From Selaginella moellendorffii (taxonomy: Eukaryota > Plantae > Lycopodiophyta): a DNA stretch of 64,000 bases. The notes under the pieces were generated by a model, which saw nothing but the letters and a program-made list of their open reading frames with translations, was not told the origin of the DNA and did not search any database. The DNA is taken from NCBI RefSeq assembly GCF_000143415.4, contig NW_003314350.1:682001-746000 (forward strand). The letters are read 5' to 3'. Position numbers and translations under genes: made by a program. Positions 57,564 through 64,000 of the stretch are shown piece after piece. Position 1 is the first letter of the stretch. Each line of letters opens with the position of its first letter.

Positions 57564-58691
57564 CTTACAAAAAACTATTATATATTTAGATCTGAAAAAG
57601 AATGAAGAAATAAAAACAAAAAACACAATCTCGAACACTAGAGCAAAACACTACAAAAAAACTTTGCCTTTTAGGGACAAATTGCAATGCCCCTCAACTC
57701 CACAACTATGAGTGCTCAAGATATAAGAATAGGCATATTAATTGTGGTTTAGATCCTTGAATAAATGGATTATATTCAGTCCTAAATTGATGGTCCATAT
57801 GCTATAGTACTATAATTAGTGTATTACTTAATTAGAGTAATACATATACATACATATGTATATTTACAAACCTTACAGATTCAAGTATAAAATATTATAA
57901 ATTGGTGATATTGTGTTGCTTTACTATTTCATGTAAAATAAAAAGAGGTAATAACACAAATATATCTTTTTAATTATGCCTGCACTATATTTTGTTACCT
58001 TTATAATAATTACAACCATCTAAAAATAAAAAGTGTTATGAATATCAAATTACAAATTTAAATAGTTACAATTTAAGTTCCTAATTTTGACCAAGCTTTA
58101 ATTTTATTGTTTTCTCTCTAAAGGCTTTATATATAATATGCAACCTAAAAAATATCATTATTTCAAATTTTTATTATGTGGTATACCACATCATATATAA
58201 TTAAATATATTACTTGCTTTAAAGAGTAAGTTAAAGGTTATATATATACTTGTTAACTGCGATACCATATTTGTGCTTAACTTAAAATATATATATTTGC
58301 ACAAGAAAAAAATATTAAATGACAATAATTAAAATTTCAAAAAATAAAAATGATTTATAAAATTTAAAATTTAAAATAAAATTTTAAATATTCTATTAAA
58401 GTATTTTTAAGAAGAAAAAACTAATTTTAACACTACTCTAAATTTGTATGTTGTTACTCCTAACAAAATAATCTTTATTATTTCAATTTGTGTGTTTGTA
58501 GTTATTCTTAACTTTTAATTTTCTTGCATTAAATGGAAAATTTTTAAGTAAATATATTTTCCTTATTTTTAAAAAGTTAAACAAAATTAAATTTTAAATC
58601 ATGTTAAAAACTTTACCCTAACAAACTGAACTTTATGGACGAGTGAGTCCAGTAAAAAATGTGGCTTACCCTTGTCTTGTCCTCTCACAGG

Positions 58692-59100
58692 ATCTAGTTG
58701 ACGAGATTTTCAAGAGCGTTTGGGAGAAGGAGCCAGGGTTTGCTCTTCCTCTCTCTCTCTTTTGTCTGAGCTCCACAACAGATGTTGCCAAGGCGGATGA
58801 ATCCAACGTAGGCGCAACCTTGAAAAGAACCAAGTCTACCACTGGTGAGCAAAGCAAGATCATAGAGAAATGCGGCCAGTTTCGTTTCCGTTTTGCAGCA
58901 AATGCGAATGCTCTGTGAGCTGCTCAAGCTCTTCGTCAGAGGTCGGGTGTTTCAAAGAAGGAACTAGAACCAAAACTTCTGGGCTGATTGATGCAGAGGC
59001 AGTCGGGCGAGCGGGAATCATTGCAGAGGCCGAGGGAAAGGATCACATCGAAGCAACACATTTCGAAAGAATGCTACCGCAGTTTTTGCTGGACTTCTAG
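58692..59100 (+). pseudogene. MHF2: CENP-X/MHF2 histone-fold gene, frameshifted and lacking a usable first exon
   Basis: DLVDEIFKSVW, ANANAL/CELLKLFV (out of frame), EAVGRAGIIAEAEGKDHIEATHFERMLPQFLLDF*. Confidence 0.8.
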
Positions 59101-59144
59101 CTAGAGACGAAGATGGTGCTCGCGGGAAGAACTCTAGCAGCGGT

Positions 59145-61400
59145 ATGAGAAGGCTGGCCAGAGGACTCGCTACAGACTGTGCAAGCAAACAGCTAAACTT
59201 GAGAGAGTACCTCGATTCGAAGCTATGCTCCTCCGATGTCTCCACTCTGGCTCGTCTCATCCGCGAGTGTGGTTCTCTGGAAAGCCTGCTAGATGCACAA
59301 AAGATTCACAGTCACATTGTAGAGTCTAGCTTTCAGGAAAGCTTTTACCTGCGTGAGCGCCTCGTCCACATGTACCTCAAGTGTGGCAGTGTCGAGAACG
59401 CCGAGGACGTCTTCTTGGACAGGAACAGGATGGCTCACTTCCGAGACGTCACGACGTGGACGGCGATGTTGTCCGCATACTCTCGTCAATCCAGCAGCAC
59501 CACCAAGGTGCTCGAGTTCTACTGCCAGATGCTCCAGCACGGTGTCAAGCCCGACAGCTTCACTTTCACTGCCGTGTTGAAAGCCTGTGTTTCTGCGAGG
59601 AGAGCGTTGAGTGGCGGCAAGGCGATCCACTCCCAGATCTTAGAGAGCGGGCTAGAGGACGACGAGATCATCGGAACTTCGGTCGTGAGCATGTATGGGA
59701 AGTGCAGCAGCCTGGTTGATGCTCGAGCCTGGTTTGATGGAGTTTGTGTCCGACGTCCGCATGGAGTGGTGTTGTGGAACGCCATGATCTCGGCTTACGT
59801 CCAGAGCGGCTGCTGTGGACAGTCCTTGGAGCTCTTCACGCTGATGCTCTTGGAAGGTGTCGCTCCAAACAGTGTCACGTATGTCACGGTTCTCAATGCT
59901 TGCAGCTCTACATTGACGCTGGGTATTGGCACGGCGGTTCACATCTGTGTTTGCGATCTCGGCCTCGAGTCGGACGTCCTCCTTGAGCAGGAAGAGCGGG
60001 AAGCTGGACGAAGCCCGGAAGATCTTTGAAAGGATCGAAGCTCCGGACTTGGTGTCGTGGAACTCGATGATATCAGCTCTTGGCCAAGGTGACAGTGCTC
60101 GGACGTTGTTCAAGCAGCTACTTCTGGAAGGCCTCGCTCCAAATGCGATCACTCTCATCTCTACTATCAATGCCTGTGCTTGTCCGGAAGATTTGACGGA
60201 AGGAAAGCTGATCCACGCCTGCAGCTATGAAAGTGGCCGGGCGTCGGTACTCTTCATGAGGAATGCTCTTGTAGACATGTATGGAAAATGCGGCTGTCTA
60301 GAGAAAGCTCGCGAACTGTTTGAGTCTAAAACAGTGGAGAGGAACTTAGTCAGTTGGAGTGTCATGGTTGCGGCTTACGCAGAAAACGGTCATGGTCACG
60401 AGGCCCTGCAGCTCTTCAGGATGATGATTCTGGAGGGTCAAAGCCTCGACTCAGTCGTCTTTGTCAACGTCCTCAATGCTTGTTCTTCGGTAGGAAACGC
60501 TGCTGCGGGAGAAGCTCTTCACGGCAACTTAGTTGAGGCTGGATTCGAGTCGGACTTAGTAGCGGCAACGGCACTCGCCAACATGTATATCAAGTGTGGA
60601 CGTTTGGAAGACGGGCGACGTGTTTTCAACAGAATGGAGGTCCGAAACGTTGTCAGCTGGAACACCATGATCTCGGGCTATGCTCAGAACGGTCGTCCCA
60701 AAAAAGGCTTGGAACTCTTCCACCAAATGGATCCCGGAGTTGCTGACAAGCGGACGTATGTAGCAGCACTGGATGCTTGCGCCTGGTCAGTGGCTGCAAC
60801 CGAAGGGAAACTTATACACCAGCAAATACTTCAGCAGAAGATGAGTGTCGACGTAATCCTGGGAACAGCCATTGTCAACATGTATGGAAAATGTGGTTGC
60901 TTGAGCGAAGCCCGGAAGTTCTTTGATAGTATACCTCTTCCCGACGTCGTCACTTGCAATGCCATGATAGCTGGTTATGCTCAGCACGATCACCTCGGCA
61001 AAGCTCTTGGTCTGTTCGCCAAAATGAAGCAGGAGGGAGTGAGACCCGATGGTGCCACCTTTGTTAGTGTTCTGTGTGCTTGTAGCCAGTAACTTGAAAA
61101 AAGGATCCGAGTTCTTCATATCAATGCTGGTCGATTATGAGTTTAAGATTTCTGTTGAGCACTGTGGTTGCATGCTGGATCAGCCGGTCAGGAATGCTGC
61201 GTGAAGCGGAGGATCTCCTAAAAAAGTATCTGACTTCAGCCAGAGACACCAAGTGGATAACGTTGCTGGCCGCGTCTAAGACTGAGAGTGATGCAACCGT
61301 GGCTCAAAACGCAGCAGAGGGCCTTATGAACTGCCGCCCAAGAGCTCTTTCCCATACGTCGTGCTTTCCACTGCTTTGAGCACTGATGAGGAGGCTGCCT
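59145..61400 (+). pseudogene. PLS-E PPR pseudogene (deletion/frameshift near 59985, stop at 61090, broken E domain)
   Basis: ORFs 59145-60029 and 59926-61092 are consecutive halves of one PPR array. The E-domain remnant SRSGMLREAEDL...KWITLLAA lies in another frame. Confidence 0.88.
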
Positions 61401-62249
61401 GAGAATTAGAGCTATAGCGTGTAAAATTCAACAGACCTGAATCGAAAAATTGCCTGCAGAAAAAAAAAGTTTATGATGAAGCAATGTGAAATAGTAAGCC
61501 TACCTGTCGACAGCTGAGAAAGATGGTACCGATTGAGGCACATGCTGAAAGTTTTCACACACGTTTCTCTCATCAGCTCGTGAACTTGGTCAAAAGATTG
61601 CCTTGCGTCCACAAACTTGACGACAAATATGGCATGCAATTCCTAAAAGGGTGAGTGTTACTGTTGTAGATTTCACCATGTCGCAGTTTTTTATTGGTTC
61701 GGCATTAGATGTCATTTGCTCATGGATACCCTAGCCTGATGGGTTAATGATATCCCCATAAATATAAACAATGTGCTATACATAGATGCCACATCATGAC
61801 ATAGGGATTCATTAGGTCATAAGGTTTAGGATATGCTTTCTTGCTTTAGTGCCTTGCTTTAGTGCTATGTTATTTAGCATGTTTCTTGGTAGTAGATGTG
61901 AAAGGTAATTTAGTTTGCTAGTGATTGATTTCAAATGTTTTTGTGGGTAGTGTTGGAAATGGTTTTGATTTACTACTTAAATTGTTCTTTATGGATTTTC
62001 AAGTTCCTACCATGAATATAGTTCCTTCCCTAGTTTACTTCAAATTTGTGTCATTAAAACTTTTTCTTCCAAGTTTACTGGAAGACATGGAGGAAGACGA
62101 GGTGGATGGCCTTCCATCCAATTTTAGTGATTTGGACTATGGTTCCAGTATGGATAGTGACAATGATGCTCTCCCAGAGGTTTGTTTAGTTTCCAGCCTT
62201 CTAGATTCATGATTTGCACGTTTCTAGGCTTTCTATAAGTTTTTGCAAT

Positions 62250-62960
62250 CAAGGGGATTCAGTAGTTCAGCTGCATTTGTCACTTGGGATGCACCTGAAG
62301 ATCCTCGAGACTAAAACTATTGCTTACTTCGCATGCTATCTTAGAATTTCCAAGCAAACACTGTACAAATACATGCGGCTTGTCGATCCAAATTGGAAAA
62401 GTGTATATTACAGAGTACCACCCGAAGAGGTACTTCATTATGTTCAAACTAACAATGCCATGAATCGAGGTGCCACAAACTGGGGGATTATCAATTCCTG
62501 ATCTAGCTGTCGAATTGGAGGATACCAGTTAACCGACACCAAATTCATGAGGCCTTAGCCACTCACGATCCAAATAGGCTAGAACAAAGGCATATGACAA
62601 AGATTTAACGATGGATTTATAAAAACGAGGAGGTTTATGCACTTGTTATATAGATTGTGAGTATTCTTTTATTTTTGTTTTTTTGTTAGCACATGTGGTA
62701 ACATGTTTATTGTAGCATATTGCAAGCTTGTAAACTATGGTTTCTATGTACATGCTATTATTTGTGGGGCAACTCATTATATTGTAGCTTGCAAGCTAAC
62801 TACCTAGATTCCTAGTGATAAAACTTTTTACGTCATTTGTGTATATCAGCTAGGATCCTTGTTTTCTGCACAGGCATCAGTCTCAAATTCAAGTGCCATC
62901 ATCACAATTACAGGGGCAACTGGTGTTTTCATAGTAAACCATTTCATGCTGTATGTTTAT
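62250..62960 (+). mobile_element. Decayed HTH + integrase-core (DDE) transposase remnant, possibly IS3EU-like
   Basis: FACYLRISKQTLYKYMR (HTH-like), IPVNRHQIHEALATHDP and YCKLVNYGFYVHAIICGATHYIV resemble the V.R..VRE.L..VDP and HKL..WGF.IHG.IDG.SR.I motifs. Stops and frameshifts are present. Confidence 0.4.
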
Positions 62961-63339
62961 GTTTGTGTTTACAAATCACTGTCTTAAGTTCTCTCTGCAG
63001 AGCAAAATGTCAGAAGCAGGTGGATGGAAGAGGAAGTGTTTTGAACTATAGAAAGGATACATGATATTCAACCGCTCCAAAGAGGTGGTGCTTCCTGCTT
63101 TTGTTATTGCCGTTGCCTTGCAGCCCTAACCACACTGTAAAACGTCAACAAATGTAAGCAACAGTTACATTTCCTTCCTGACATTGTTTTCTATTTTCTT
63201 TACTCTTGAGCTCTCTGAATCACTGGCGATCCATTCTTGATGGCTAGACTCATATTGATACTGTAACGGTCTGATACTTAAAACTTTGGCAACAGAGCAG
63301 CTACCAGAGACTTCATTTGCAGCATAGCCATAGACCACC

Positions 63340-64000
63340 ATCTCTCATCGCCATCTCGCCAAGACCAAGGATCAAACTCGGTGTATATGTATGTGACTTA
63401 ACTGATGCCTTCTGTTTTGCTTTCCAGGCTTGTCTGCCAAGCCAGCCGAGAGGGCTGAGGCGTCGTCAAAGTCGTCCGCGAAAGACATATCGCCGCGCTC
63501 GAGAAGCCCGTCACCGGCAGCGTCGAGCAGTCCTGTGACGCCGGCCTCGCCTCCCAGGTTCGTCGACGAGCTCAAGCTCCAGCTAGAAAAGGGGGAGATG
63601 CTCAAGAGATCCATCCCGGCAAATGCTGGATCAGCAGCACCACCACCACCAAGGCAGTGGATTGGTGTGTAGAGGCGGTGGAGATGATTCGCAGTGCCAA
63701 GTTTTAAAGGTTTTGCACTGTGGAAGGCAGCAGGAGCAAGCTAAGAACAGGCCAAACTCACACACACACACACACACACAAGAAAACAAAGAGAGTAGCT
63801 TATATTTATACTTATAACTCTTCTCTTCCAAAATCCTTGTGTATTTCTCCCTCTCTCTCTTTCTCTCTTTCTTTAGTTCTTTTCTCGTCTAGAGAGCATA
63901 TTCGCTGGATGCATGGATGGATGGAAGTTTGATCACAAACAATGCCCTTGGAAAGATTATGGAGGGATAGAACAGTCAAAAGCAAAGGAAAATTCTTTGA
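63340..64000 (+). repeat. Duplicate of the JAZ-like gene's last intron (part), last exon and 3' UTR (about 48330-49020)
   Basis: Near-identical sequence encoding LSAKPAERAE...RQWIGV*, with altered CAG/CA microsatellites. Confidence 0.95.

Larger units (their letters stand above)
50070..57877 (-). mobile_element. Probable older decayed LTR element hosting the chromovirus (diverged direct repeats at about 50070-50285 and 57705-57877)
   Basis: Both repeats end TTTACAAACCTTACA and share GAGTGCT..GATAT..GAATA and ACTATAATTA. A purine tract on the minus strand (50286-50300) abuts the TG start of one copy. Confidence 0.45.

Overview
Eukaryotic, gene-dense land-plant nuclear DNA with short GT-AG introns. 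The many PLS/SS-type PPR genes and the compactness suggest a lycophyte such as Selaginella (inference). In order, the window holds: the 5' LTR, PBS and gag start of a minus-strand LTR retrotransposon; a scrambled pseudogene copy of the kinase-FUT-PPR block that is intact at 8-13.8 kb; an IQM-like remnant; and an AT-rich secreted B-lectin fusion. Next come D-cysteine desulfhydrase, a non-RD LRR-RLK, tRNA-Tyr, an intronless Fic-domain gene, a mitochondrial DIC carrier, TRM1, a head-to-head PPR/PPR-DYW pair, a ubiquitin protease and a dirigent-like gene. These are followed by an intronless Ub-like + P-loop NTPase + nuclease-like (Crinkler/CR-type) gene, DPE2, a PPR, tRNA-His, YjbQ, two tandem atypical TALE homeobox genes and a JAZ-like TIFY gene. 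The last part has a full-length but stop-containing chromovirus with self-priming and -1 frameshift signals, MHF2 and PPR pseudogenes, a probable integrase-type transposase remnant and a duplicated JAZ 3' exon. The most unusual items are the Fic gene, the CR-type NTPase, the orphan TALE pair, the lectin fusion and the chromovirus RNA signals. All calls come from reading motifs by eye; no database search was run.
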